A stretch of DNA of 64,000 nt from an uncultured Gammaproteobacteria bacterium (GTDB lineage: Bacteria > Patescibacteriota > Patescibacteriia > Magasanikbacterales > GWA2-37-8), in assembly GCA_964510885.1 (NCBI GenBank), contig CAZEDL010000003.1:31686-95685 (forward strand), read 5' to 3'. The first letter of the stretch is position 1. Every line of letters starts with the position of its first letter. The translations under genes and the position numbers were made by a program. The notes under the pieces are model-generated. The model was not told the origin of the DNA and ran no database searches. It saw only the letters and a list, made by a program, of their open reading frames with translations. This document shows, piece after piece, positions 18,295 to 27,669 of the stretch.

Positions 18295-18320
18295 TGTAAC
18301 GCACAGCCTTTTTTTTCGTC
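18295..18320 (+). promoter_or_regulatory. Putative ECF autoregulatory promoter
   Basis: TGTAAC-16 nt-CGTC ending 7 nt before the sigma ATG; fits the AAC/CGT pattern of ECF promoters. Confidence 0.65.
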
Positions 18321-18327
18321 TTCTACA

Positions 18328-18882
18328 ATGAACAAGCTCACTGAAAAATTAATTCTCTTTCGCATTGGAACCAAGCGGGACCCAGAAGCATATGCTGAAT
18401 TATACGATGCATATGTCAAACAGATCTACCGCTTTGTATTTTTCAAAGTGAATAATCGGGAGCAGGCTGAAGACATTACGGCCGACGTTTTTTTGAAAGC
18501 GTGGAATTATCTCCAAGAGAATGCCGATATAAAAAGTTTCAGTGGACTGCTATACCGGATGGCACGCAATGCAATCATCGACCTGTACCGAGCGCGCACC
18601 GGCCAAGCTGAGCTCATCGGTGAAAACGATGATATCAGTGATAATGGAGAGTGGTATCGCGAAACGCATTTAAAAATTGCGAATCAAACAATTTTATCTG
18701 CCCTCCAAAAATTAAAACAAGAATATCAAGAAGTAATCACACTCAGATTTGTCGAAGAGCTCGACATTCCGGAAATCGCCGCAATCATGAATAAAAAAAA
18801 TGTGGCGGTCCGGGTGACACTGCACCGCGCTCTCAAAAAGCTGCAAGATGTGCTCGGAGAATCACCGTATGATGAAAAGTAA
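18328..18882 (+). CDS. ECF RNA polymerase sigma-70 factor
   Basis: Region 2 AEDITADVFLKAW..LYRMARNAIIDLYR; region 4 EVITLRFVEEL...EIA....VRVTLHRALKKL; 184 aa. Confidence 0.93.
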   Translation: MNKLTEKLILFRIGTKRDPEAYAELYDAYVKQIYRFVFFKVNNREQAEDITADVFLKAWNYLQENADIKSFSGLLYRMARNAIIDLYRARTGQAELIGENDDISDNGEWYRETHLKIANQTILSALQKLKQEYQEVITLRFVEELDIPEIAAIMNKKNVAVRVTLHRALKKLQDVLGESPYDEK

Positions 18883-20245
18883 TCTTATCTCACAATTACA
18901 ACAGCTTCGTCATGGCGAAGTAAGCCCGCGTCCGGAATGGGTAGCGAAGAATCGTGCCGTGCTCCTCAGCCAGATCAAGAACACCTTACCGCATGAAGCT
19001 GAGGTTAGTGTGCCATTATCCGAACAAGTCTGGTCGGCTATGGCTTTATTTTTGCCGCGCCAACTGGTGTATAGCGTGGTGCGTCCGGTGGTGGTGGTCC
19101 TTATGGTATCGCTCTTAGGTACAGGAGGATTTGTGGCAACTAGCTCAGCTTCGAATGAAGCGCTCCCCGGCGACCGGTTATATCCCGTCAAGATTGCTCT
19201 AGAAAAAACCAAAGTAGCCCTGGTTGAAACAGTGGGCAATGAAAATGTCCGCACTCAGGCTCACATTGAGTACGCCAGTAATCGCGTGACCGAAATCAAA
19301 CGTATCACGGCGGGCAGCGCTGATCCCAATAAAAATTTTCATATTGCCGAAGCAGTATCTAATTTAAAAGAAGGGGTAGAGCGGGTTAACAACAGCTTGA
19401 ATCAGAATTTGTCGGGCGAAGTTATTAAAGATGTAAAAGCTAATACGGATGAAGTTAAGTCGGCTCTGAAGCAGGTGAGTAGCAATCTCGAGACGGTCAG
19501 CACGACCAGTGTCGATACGGCGGATCTGAATAAAGAATTAGTAGCTACTACTAACTTGGCCAAAGATACGGCGGTAAAAGCTATCGAAGTATTTGTCCAA
19601 AAAGTAGATGATAAATCAGTGTCTGCTGAAGCAGCCAAAGATGTACTCGCTGACGCACTCACCACTATTACGAGTGATGTCGACAGCTCTAAGCAAAATA
19701 TTGCGTTGGTAAAAAATATTGCCCAAGCAGCCGAAGCCGGAGTGAAAGATTTACAAACTGAAATTAAAAAGCAAAATTTAACCACTGTCATTCAGACTGA
19801 TCAAATTTCCCAAGAGTTATCAAAAGAATTGTCAAATGTGGCAACTCAAGCGACAGCAGCCGCCACTTCGATTGAACTGAAATCGGCTGAAGTCGGCAAA
19901 AAGATTAGTGAAGTGCAAGCACTTGTCCAGACTGACCAGCTCCAGGCGGCAGTGGATAAATTAAAAGAAGTAAATAATGATACGAAAAATATTTCTGCGA
20001 CAGCTGATTCGGCCATTAAGAAAGCTAATGATTTATTGCCAGTAACACCTGTTATAAAAGAGGCGGTGGGAAATACAGCTAGCACCACGGACGTTCATGT
20101 GGTGTTGACAACCACTACTTCAGTATTGCCGAAGATGCCGGATGTGCCGGTGATTACGGTGGTGGTGTCTGGAACCGTTTCGGCTACAAAAGTTTTGGTC
20201 GTGCCAAGTTCTACTCCGCCCACCACAACACTACTAAAAAATTAA
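18869..20245 (+). CDS. Putative anti-sigma factor (DUF5667-like, single TM, long helical extracellular part)
   Basis: Overlaps the sigma stop; one TM followed by ALPGDRLYPVKIALEK; helical region and Thr/Pro-rich tail. Confidence 0.7.
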   Translation: MMKSNLISQLQQLRHGEVSPRPEWVAKNRAVLLSQIKNTLPHEAEVSVPLSEQVWSAMALFLPRQLVYSVVRPVVVVLMVSLLGTGGFVATSSASNEALPGDRLYPVKIALEKTKVALVETVGNENVRTQAHIEYASNRVTEIKRITAGSADPNKNFHIAEAVSNLKEGVERVNNSLNQNLSGEVIKDVKANTDEVKSALKQVSSNLETVSTTSVDTADLNKELVATTNLAKDTAVKAIEVFVQKVDDKSVSAEAAKDVLADALTTITSDVDSSKQNIALVKNIAQAAEAGVKDLQTEIKKQNLTTVIQTDQISQELSKELSNVATQATAAATSIELKSAEVGKKISEVQALVQTDQLQAAVDKLKEVNNDTKNISATADSAIKKANDLLPVTPVIKEAVGNTASTTDVHVVLTTTTSVLPKMPDVPVITVVVSGTVSATKVLVVPSSTPPTTTLLKN

Positions 20246-20479
20246 TGCTGTTGTCTTTTGCTGACACTAGTATCACACTAGGTGATGCTAGTTCAGGGAG
20301 AGAGAATAGTTCGTTTGAGTCCTGGCCAGTGCTATAGGTCGAAAGCTCGTATGAGCTTGCCTGGTCGTTGTGTGCTTCTACTACTGTGCCACAAGTGCAG
20401 ATAGGGGAGCCGACCTTAATTCGTTTGACGTGCAGGTTACTGCATGCGCAGGCGATTAAGGATTTATATTAATTTTATT
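20246..20479 (+). ncRNA. Highly structured leader upstream of the surface protein gene
   Basis: Four consecutive hairpins, e.g. ACTAGTATCAC/GTGATGCTAGT, AAGCTC/GAGCTT, GGTCG/CGACC, CTTAATTCGTTTG/CAGGCGATTAAG. Confidence 0.55.
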
Positions 20480-23400
20480 ATGAATAAATTAGGAACGAAA
20501 ATCCTGAATTCCGTTGTAACGTTGGCCGTTACGGTGGTCTTCTCCGGTTTGAATCTCCTCGCGCCAGTAGCTGCTAACGCCGCTGTCTGTCCGACGCTCA
20601 ACCCTGGAGACATGATCAAAGTAACCGGCAAACCGGCTATTTATGTAGTCAACAACAATCTTCAGGTACAATATTTCCCAAGTGGATATGTATTCAAGAG
20701 CTGGCGCCCGACCTACGGTGGTTACACCTCCGTATCGATGGCTTGCTTTGATTCTTTGAATCTTCCAACCAACCCTCCATACGGCGTTAACTTTGCCCCA
20801 GGGTCCTATGTCATCAAGCGTCCGTCTTCGGATCAGCTTTATGTCGTTGAACCAGGCAACGTTAAAGCGAAGATCACCACTGAAGCTGCTAAAGCTCTCT
20901 ATGGTAACTTCTTCCAGCCGCAAGTAATCAATGATGAATTCTGGCCAAACTACCCAGTACTTGGTAACGATGTTACCGAAGCCAAACCATTCCCTGGTTT
21001 CCTCTTCAGCAACAAAGGCACCACTTGGTACATGGATGTAGATGGCAAAGCTCGTCAGGTTACTGCCACTGGCTTAACTGCTAATGGCTTCCAGACTGCT
21101 TTTGTCCACCCAGTGGCTGATGCAGTTGTAGCTGGTCTTCAGACCGGTGCTACGATTGATGCTGAAGTTAAATCGATCACCGACAAAACCCAGAGTGGTG
21201 GTGTCGCTGCTCCTTCTAACCCAAGCAACCCAAGCAACCCAAGCACTCCAGGCGGATCTTTGAGCGTTTCGCTCTCTTCCGACAACCCATTTGCTGCGAC
21301 TGTTGTTTCCGATTCTGGCACCAATGGTGCACAGGCTATGGTTCCAGTGTTGAAACTTAACTTCTCTGCTGACAACAGCGGTGATGTCAAAGTTACCACA
21401 TTGAGTTTGAAGCGCGCTGGCGTATCGGCTGATACTGATATTGCCAACATGTACCTTTATGATGATGCTGGTGTACGCTTAGCTGGTAACCCGAGTGTTG
21501 CTAACAATATTATTAGCTTCACCAACAGCTCTGGCCTCTTCACTGTCACCAAAGGCACCACGAAATCCGTTAAAGTCCTCTTGGACCTCAAGAACGCGGT
21601 TTCTGCAGGCAAGACCTTCCAGTTCGTTGTAGCTGACGCTGCAAGCGTTACTTCTAACGCCACTGGTTCGGTTGGCGGCACCTTCCCATTAACGGGTAAT
21701 GTGTTCACCACCGCTTCAGTTACTGATCTTGGTAAATTAACTGTTTCTAGCGTGTCCCCGTCTTCCAACACTACTGTTGATCCGGGCACCACTGGTTACG
21801 AAATTTGGAGACTCCAGGCTGTAAGCAGCAACCAGGATATTGAAGTCCGCAAGCTTGTTTTCACCATCGTTGGTTCTATCAACGTTGGCGATATTCAGAA
21901 CATCTCCCTCTGGGATGGTTCCAAGCAGCTTGGCGCCACTGTGGTTGACATGGCTGCAGACAAGACGGTCACTTTTGATCTCGCTGCTGCTCCATACGTA
22001 ATTACCAAAGGACAGACTAAAACCCTCAGCCTTAAAGCTGATATCAAAGGCGGCACTAACCGCAGCTTCCGCGCTTCTCTTCAGAATGGCAGCGATGTAG
22101 TTAGCTATGACAAAAACTACAATGTCTACCTGAAGACGAATGGTACGGACAGCTTCTCAATCGTTCAGCCAAATACCGCTGGTACCGCTGTTAACATTTC
22201 CGTTAACACCGGCACCTTGACGCAGACTTTGGCCGCGGATTCTCCGACCGGAAATATCGCTTTGAACGCTACGGGTGTAACGCTTGCACGCTTTGCGTGG
22301 CAGGCTAATGGTGAAGATATAAAAGTCAGCTCGCTGAACGTTTCATCCACCATTTCTTCAAGCCGCACTCTTACCAATGTACGCTTGATGGTTAACGATA
22401 ACCAAGTTGGTACGACTATCAGCACTTTGACCGGTAACGGCGTTTCCAACTCTGGTTGGGGCACCTTTGGCAACAGCTTCATCATTAAAGCTGGCACCAC
22501 GGCTAAAGTAGAAGTTAGAGCTGATCTGACTGGTTCTGCCGCCCTCAATGACACTGTCGTTGTTGGTCTCCCAGCTGGTTCAAGCAATGCTCAGGGTGTT
22601 GTATCTCTCAGCTCACTTAGCACTTCTGAAAAGAATGCTAACACGTTGACCGTTAAATCCGGTACGGTATCGGTATCTCTTGACACCTCTTTTGGTAACA
22701 AGACTGCCAGCAATCCGAACGGTACGATCAATGCTTCAGGAGCTAAAGTTGGTTCCTTCATTATCACCTCTGGTGCTGGTGAATTCGTTAAAGTCAGCGG
22801 AATTACGTTGACCGAAACTGCTTCCAACAACGGTTCGACCTGTGTTGGTAGCTATATGCAGAACTTGACGCTTAAGGATGCTGCAGGCAAGACTCTTGGT
22901 ACTGCCTATGCAAATCCGTCGGCTACTTGTTCTAGTGCTAATTCCTTCAACTTTACGTTCCCTGAGGTAACGATCGAAAAAGGTGCTCAGTATGTCGTTG
23001 GCGTCTACGCTGACCTCAAAGCTGCTTTCAGCACGGCTGCTACCTCTCTTATTAAAGTTGATGCCGTAACTGCTACGGGTGGTGACACTAATGGCACTGC
23101 CAGCGTATCTGGTCAGGCTTTGGCCCTCCAGTACAACTACATTTCGACTGCCGGTAACTTCACTGTTGCCACCGATTCCAACACTCCGGTTTCCCGCAAC
23201 TTGCTTATGGGTGCCGTAGATCAGGAACTTGGTCGCTTCAACATTACTGCCAGCACGACTGAAGCTATCAACATCACGGAACTTGTGCTCAGCAACCGCG
23301 TCAGCTCTGCTGCCACCGGTACGCTCCGCAACGTCCGTTTGTACGACAACGACAATGGCGCTCTCATCGGCTCTGCTGTCCCGTCGTTCACCAACACGAA

Positions 23401-24190
23401 CTCCAACGGCACCTTGGTGCACGCGGTGTTCAGCGGCCTGAAATTCCAGGTACCGAAAGGAAACTCCAAAGTCGTTATCGTTAAGGCTGACCTTACGACC
23501 TACGATGATTTGGGTTCCCCAGCTACCACTGGTCAGACTGCCAATCTTGCTATCTTGAAGAACTACACTGGTAGCACCCTGTCTATCACTGCTACTGGCG
23601 CTTCTTCCGGTGTATCTATCACCCCGACGGTGATCAACTCTGGTACGAATATCCCGGATATCACTGGTAACTTCGTGGCTTACACGAACACCAGCACGTT
23701 ATACCGCGCTAAACTTACCACTGCTTGGAGCACGGATACTCCGTCCGGTGCTGCTGGCGGATCAGCTTCCCAGATCGTAGGCAAATTCGTTATCACGAAC
23801 CTTGCTAACGCTGGTAACTACTCCGCTACTGTCCAGTCGATCAACTTCGACTTGTCGACCACGATCTCCAACACTGCTGACCGCGCTTTGACTGTCTATA
23901 AAGACTCCATTGCTACGGGCAACATCGTTGCGACGACCTCTTGGCTCGCTGCTGGTAACCAGAACTTCTCTGACACTGCGATTACTGATGCCGGTTTCAC
24001 CGATGTCAGCATCTCGTCTGGTCAGGCTAAGACTTTCTGGGTCACCTTGGACACCAGCAATGCCGCTTCTACGAAGAATCTTTCCATCCGCATTGGTTCG
24101 AGCGACGTATCTTGGACCGACGGTGTAAACAGTGGCCTCACTGTTATGGATCAGGATCTTCCGCTTCAATTCAGGACCTTCACCTACTAA
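20480..24190 (+). CDS. Large secreted S-layer-like surface protein
   Basis: Signal peptide ending VAANA-A; S/T/G/N/A-rich tandem beta-sandwich repeats; PSN x3 linker; strongly biased codons (AAC, ACC, GCT, TTC) implying very high expression. Confidence 0.75.
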   Translation: MNKLGTKILNSVVTLAVTVVFSGLNLLAPVAANAAVCPTLNPGDMIKVTGKPAIYVVNNNLQVQYFPSGYVFKSWRPTYGGYTSVSMACFDSLNLPTNPPYGVNFAPGSYVIKRPSSDQLYVVEPGNVKAKITTEAAKALYGNFFQPQVINDEFWPNYPVLGNDVTEAKPFPGFLFSNKGTTWYMDVDGKARQVTATGLTANGFQTAFVHPVADAVVAGLQTGATIDAEVKSITDKTQSGGVAAPSNPSNPSNPSTPGGSLSVSLSSDNPFAATVVSDSGTNGAQAMVPVLKLNFSADNSGDVKVTTLSLKRAGVSADTDIANMYLYDDAGVRLAGNPSVANNIISFTNSSGLFTVTKGTTKSVKVLLDLKNAVSAGKTFQFVVADAASVTSNATGSVGGTFPLTGNVFTTASVTDLGKLTVSSVSPSSNTTVDPGTTGYEIWRLQAVSSNQDIEVRKLVFTIVGSINVGDIQNISLWDGSKQLGATVVDMAADKTVTFDLAAAPYVITKGQTKTLSLKADIKGGTNRSFRASLQNGSDVVSYDKNYNVYLKTNGTDSFSIVQPNTAGTAVNISVNTGTLTQTLAADSPTGNIALNATGVTLARFAWQANGEDIKVSSLNVSSTISSSRTLTNVRLMVNDNQVGTTISTLTGNGVSNSGWGTFGNSFIIKAGTTAKVEVRADLTGSAALNDTVVVGLPAGSSNAQGVVSLSSLSTSEKNANTLTVKSGTVSVSLDTSFGNKTASNPNGTINASGAKVGSFIITSGAGEFVKVSGITLTETASNNGSTCVGSYMQNLTLKDAAGKTLGTAYANPSATCSSANSFNFTFPEVTIEKGAQYVVGVYADLKAAFSTAATSLIKVDAVTATGGDTNGTASVSGQALALQYNYISTAGNFTVATDSNTPVSRNLLMGAVDQELGRFNITASTTEAINITELVLSNRVSSAATGTLRNVRLYDNDNGALIGSAVPSFTNTNSNGTLVHAVFSGLKFQVPKGNSKVVIVKADLTTYDDLGSPATTGQTANLAILKNYTGSTLSITATGASSGVSITPTVINSGTNIPDITGNFVAYTNTSTLYRAKLTTAWSTDTPSGAAGGSASQIVGKFVITNLANAGNYSATVQSINFDLSTTISNTADRALTVYKDSIATGNIVATTSWLAAGNQNFSDTAITDAGFTDVSISSGQAKTFWVTLDTSNAASTKNLSIRIGSSDVSWTDGVNSGLTVMDQDLPLQFRTFTY
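21218..21244 (+). repeat. Coding tandem repeat (AACCCAAGC)x3
   Basis: Encodes the NPS-NPS-NPS linker. Confidence 0.85.
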
Positions 24191-24231
24191 TCGTTTAGTA
24201 GTCTGAACTTGAGTTAGCGAAAGCGACTAAC

Positions 24232-24267
24232 ACCCCCCTCCGGGAAACCGGAGGGGGGTTGTTTTTT
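24232..24267 (+). terminator. Strong intrinsic terminator after the S-layer-like gene
   Basis: ACCCCCCTCCGG-GAAA-CCGGAGGGGGGT followed by TGTTTTTT. Confidence 0.9.
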
Positions 24268-24314
24268 AGGGGCCGTCTGGTACCATATCGCTATATTTTC
24301 GTGGTTATTTTTTT

Positions 24315-26549
24315 ATGCTGATTCGTTATAGCTCAAAAATTTTAAACATTTTGCTTCTGGCTAGTCTGTGTTTGCCGCTTCTATTCACACCGGCTACCAT
24401 GTTTCCGTGGCATTTTGGCAAAACGATGGTGTTTCAAATAATGGTAGAAGCGGCGACCCTATGCTACACAATTAGCCTGCTTGGTGGGTTACGGTCAGTC
24501 CGGCGATTATCGTTACTTGATTGGTCGTTAGTTATTTTTTTGTTGTTTAGCGTAGTTACGGCTTTGATCGGTGGATCGTTTGGGTTTAGCTGGTGGGGGA
24601 ATCAGAGCCGCGCCAATGGAATTTTTGTATTTATTCATTTTGCGGCCTGGTATGCGCTCCTTAGCCACGAGTGGCGAACCAAAGAAGACTGGGTGCTCGG
24701 CTGTATGATCGCTGTCGGGGTCGGACTAGTGGTAAGCTTTACTGGATTTTTTCCAGCCGTGCTTCCGGGTGCCTGGATAGGTGTCGGTGGCGGGCGTGCC
24801 AGTGGGATCGTGGGCAATCCAGCTTTTTTGGCGTCCTATCTGGTCCCAGTCATAGCAATTTCTTTTTTAGGGTGTCTAATAAGTGTTAAACAGTGGCAGC
24901 GCTATGTGTTTTTAGCTGCTGTGCCTGTCTTCGTAACAGCGATTATATATACGGCCACACGCGGGGCCTGGCTGGGTCTGCTGGCTGGGAGTGCTACGGC
25001 GCTTGTAGTAGCGAGCCTACATCTGCCGAGATGCCGAACTAAACAGGTAACGCTTGGCTTGCTCACAGCTGGTGTATTGGCTGCTGGGACCCTGTGGGTG
25101 TTGGTTGCTACGAATTCGACACTTCTCGCTGTAGTGCCACGTCTCAAGAGCCTGAGTGCTATTTCGTTCACGAGTGGTACGGCAGCAACTCGCCTCATGG
25201 CGTGGCATATTGCTTGGGAGGGGATACGGCTCAAGCCGGTTACTGGGTACGGTTGGGGAAATTACGGGATCGTGTTTAATCAGTTTTATAATCCGCATTT
25301 TTTACGTTCTGGGTTGAGCGAGACGGTGTGGGACAAGCCGCACAATTGGGTATTGGAGTTGGCTGTGAACGGTGGAGTCATTTTGGTGCTCAGTTATCTG
25401 GCGATCGTTGCGATCGCAGCTTATTATGTGGTGCGGGGCCGAATGGTGTTCCTTGGCGAACAGCCAGTTATGACAGCACTCGTCAGAGCGGTACTAGTCG
25501 GGGGCTTAGTAGCCTGTTTGGTGCAAGGATTGTTTTTGTTTGAAACTAGTTTTTCGCTGTGGGGATGGTTTTTCCTCTTGGCATTTATTAACGCCTTGAT
25601 CCTTATGCCGACCACCGATTCTGGGCGTACATTTAGATTGCAACCAGAAATATGTGCGGGAATTAGTATCGTGTCGGCCGTAGCGGTTGTGTGTCTCGTT
25701 TATTATGGTTCGATTATTCCACTGCGCGCTTCGCATCAGCTTCTGTTAGCTGACAATGAACGCGATATTCAGGCTTGGGCAACGTTTGGCAAACAGGCAC
25801 TTTTGGCACCAAAACCGTGGCGCGAGGAAGTTGCCGTATTACTAGCTCGCAGACTCACACGTTTTAACAATCAGCCTAACTTTCAACTGACTGACCGGGC
25901 TAAAATTACAGCAGAGGCGGTGATTACTGAGCTTGATGCAGCTTCTATTCGTGCGCCTCGTGTACTCGATTTTCCACTTTGGGCCGGCCAGGTGTACCAG
26001 GTGCTTGGGCAACAAACAACCACTACGGATTATTATGTTCGAGCCGAGTCTGAGTTTGCCCGGGCGAGAGCAATTTCTCCGCGTAAACAAGAGGTATTAT
26101 TTTTGCTGACAAAATTATATTTATCGGAGCAGAAATTTGAGCAGGCAATCGCCATGCAAACAGAAGCGATTGCCCTTGATCCTGAGATTGGTCTTAGTCA
26201 TTGGTTACTCGGAATCGCATATGCTGCCGCTCAAAAGCCAGCTGAGGCAGTAGCGGCGATTGAGGCGGCAGAGCAGAAAGAGTTTGCCTTGACTCGAGCC
26301 CAAGAATTGTATGTAATTGAGTTGTATGCCGGACTTAAGCGGTATGACCAGGTGATAGTCCGCTTTAAGCGGATTCATGAAGCAGAACCGACGAATTTGG
26401 AATGGGCAGTAAAATTAGCTACGGCCTATGCTCTTGGTGGGCAAAAGGCAGAGGCACTGGCCTTGGCTAGGCAGATTGCCACTGACAAACCAGATATGGC
26501 CGATGAAGTGGCGGCTTTTATCAAGCAATATCGGCTTGATATTCCTTAA
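24315..26549 (+). CDS. O-antigen ligase-like (Wzy_C) membrane protein with C-terminal TPRs
   Basis: RASGIVGNPAFLA, TATRGAW, TRLMAW..AW..I...P..GYG, DKPHN motifs; TPR tail. Confidence 0.85.
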   Translation: MLIRYSSKILNILLLASLCLPLLFTPATMFPWHFGKTMVFQIMVEAATLCYTISLLGGLRSVRRLSLLDWSLVIFLLFSVVTALIGGSFGFSWWGNQSRANGIFVFIHFAAWYALLSHEWRTKEDWVLGCMIAVGVGLVVSFTGFFPAVLPGAWIGVGGGRASGIVGNPAFLASYLVPVIAISFLGCLISVKQWQRYVFLAAVPVFVTAIIYTATRGAWLGLLAGSATALVVASLHLPRCRTKQVTLGLLTAGVLAAGTLWVLVATNSTLLAVVPRLKSLSAISFTSGTAATRLMAWHIAWEGIRLKPVTGYGWGNYGIVFNQFYNPHFLRSGLSETVWDKPHNWVLELAVNGGVILVLSYLAIVAIAAYYVVRGRMVFLGEQPVMTALVRAVLVGGLVACLVQGLFLFETSFSLWGWFFLLAFINALILMPTTDSGRTFRLQPEICAGISIVSAVAVVCLVYYGSIIPLRASHQLLLADNERDIQAWATFGKQALLAPKPWREEVAVLLARRLTRFNNQPNFQLTDRAKITAEAVITELDAASIRAPRVLDFPLWAGQVYQVLGQQTTTTDYYVRAESEFARARAISPRKQEVLFLLTKLYLSEQKFEQAIAMQTEAIALDPEIGLSHWLLGIAYAAAQKPAEAVAAIEAAEQKEFALTRAQELYVIELYAGLKRYDQVIVRFKRIHEAEPTNLEWAVKLATAYALGGQKAEALALARQIATDKPDMADEVAAFIKQYRLDIP

Positions 26550-26566
26550 ATTTATTTTTCACTAGT

Positions 26567-27271
26567 ATGTCTCGTAAAAAAATTATTACCCTACTTGCAG
26601 TGGTTGCGGGGCTAGCTTTCGCCATTGCGATCGTGATGCGTCTCGTGACTCAAGGTGTGATTGGCGATCCTAACCGTGCTTTATTTAACCGTATAAAAGA
26701 TAAACCGCAATTAGTGGAGCTCTATCGAATGGCTGAAGACGAAGACGAAAAAATGCGCGCCGAACCAGAAAATCCGTCACGGTATCTGAATGCAGGTTTG
26801 GCCTGGAAAGGGCTGGGAGATGGATCTCGCGAGCGGGTATTTTTGGAAAAGTCGTTGGCTATTTATGAAGACGGTATGGAGCGTTTTGGTCAGAAGAATA
26901 TTTTATTTTATCTGAATGCGGGCAAGGTAGCTGAGTCGCTTGGTGATTATGCTAAGGCGGAACAGTATTATCGAACAGCGATCACAATTTCTCCGCTAGA
27001 TGAAAGCAGCTATCTCTACATTGCTGACATGTATATCTATAAGATGAAGAAAACTAACGAGGAGATTTTGGCAGTGTTCAATGATGCTGAGCAGAAGGTT
27101 AGTGATAAGCTGGCAGTGATTTGGGCGCGTGGCACGTATCTACGGCGGATTAATGATTATGAGAAGGCGCTCAAAGATTATGAGGCTTTGGTAGAGAATT
27201 TTCCCCAAGAGGCGGGTTACAAGCAGATCGTAGCAGAGCTGAAGGCTAAAATTTCGGCCGGTAAAAAATAG
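26567..27271 (+). CDS. Membrane-anchored TPR protein
   Basis: N-terminal TM; TPR-like helices YLNAGKVAESLGDYAKAEQYY, DYEKALKDYE. Confidence 0.8.
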   Translation: MSRKKIITLLAVVAGLAFAIAIVMRLVTQGVIGDPNRALFNRIKDKPQLVELYRMAEDEDEKMRAEPENPSRYLNAGLAWKGLGDGSRERVFLEKSLAIYEDGMERFGQKNILFYLNAGKVAESLGDYAKAEQYYRTAITISPLDESSYLYIADMYIYKMKKTNEEILAVFNDAEQKVSDKLAVIWARGTYLRRINDYEKALKDYEALVENFPQEAGYKQIVAELKAKISAGKK

Positions 27272-27343
27272 TATGAGGTACTTATCCACAGATTATATTT
27301 TTCTCCTGGCGATTTAGAGTATACAATGCTTGGTTAGAGGAGG

Positions 27344-27398
27344 AAAAAAATCTCGACTGTTTAGGTTGCTTTGGCAAACAGTAAGTCGAGATTTTTTT
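27344..27398. terminator. Long hairpin with A/T tails
   Basis: AAAAAAATCTCGACT...AGTCGAGATTTTTTT. Confidence 0.55.
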
Positions 27399-27669
27399 GT
27401 AGGTTAAAGATGCCTTAGGAGTTCGAAAGATCAAAAACAGTGGTTACGCTATATTTTCTACTGTCGCTGGTTGAATTTTGTCGACTTTTTTAAAACAAGT
27501 GGGGAATTGGAGCGTTAGCTTACTTTTGAATAAGCTTGTGCTCAGTGACAGATTCTGGCTGGTGCAAAAATTGATTTTTGCTTTGATTTTACTAGTATAG
27601 ATTGACGGTAGTGCCCTTTTGCTTTACACTGAAAGAGTTGTAATTTATAGTGTTTGTCTTTGTCTACTT

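Noticed and set aside
20489-24169. Long antisense ORFs within the S-layer-like gene
   Set aside because: By-product of strong codon bias on the coding strand; no recognisable motifs
20480-24190. Many N-x-S/T sequons as evidence of N-glycosylation
   Set aside because: The protein is so rich in Asn, Ser and Thr that this many could arise by chance; no OST with WWDYG is visible
27282-27290. Perfect DnaA box TTATCCACA as a sign of oriC
   Set aside because: Only one box seen, no dnaA/dnaN nearby and no obvious strand-composition switch; at most a regulatory site
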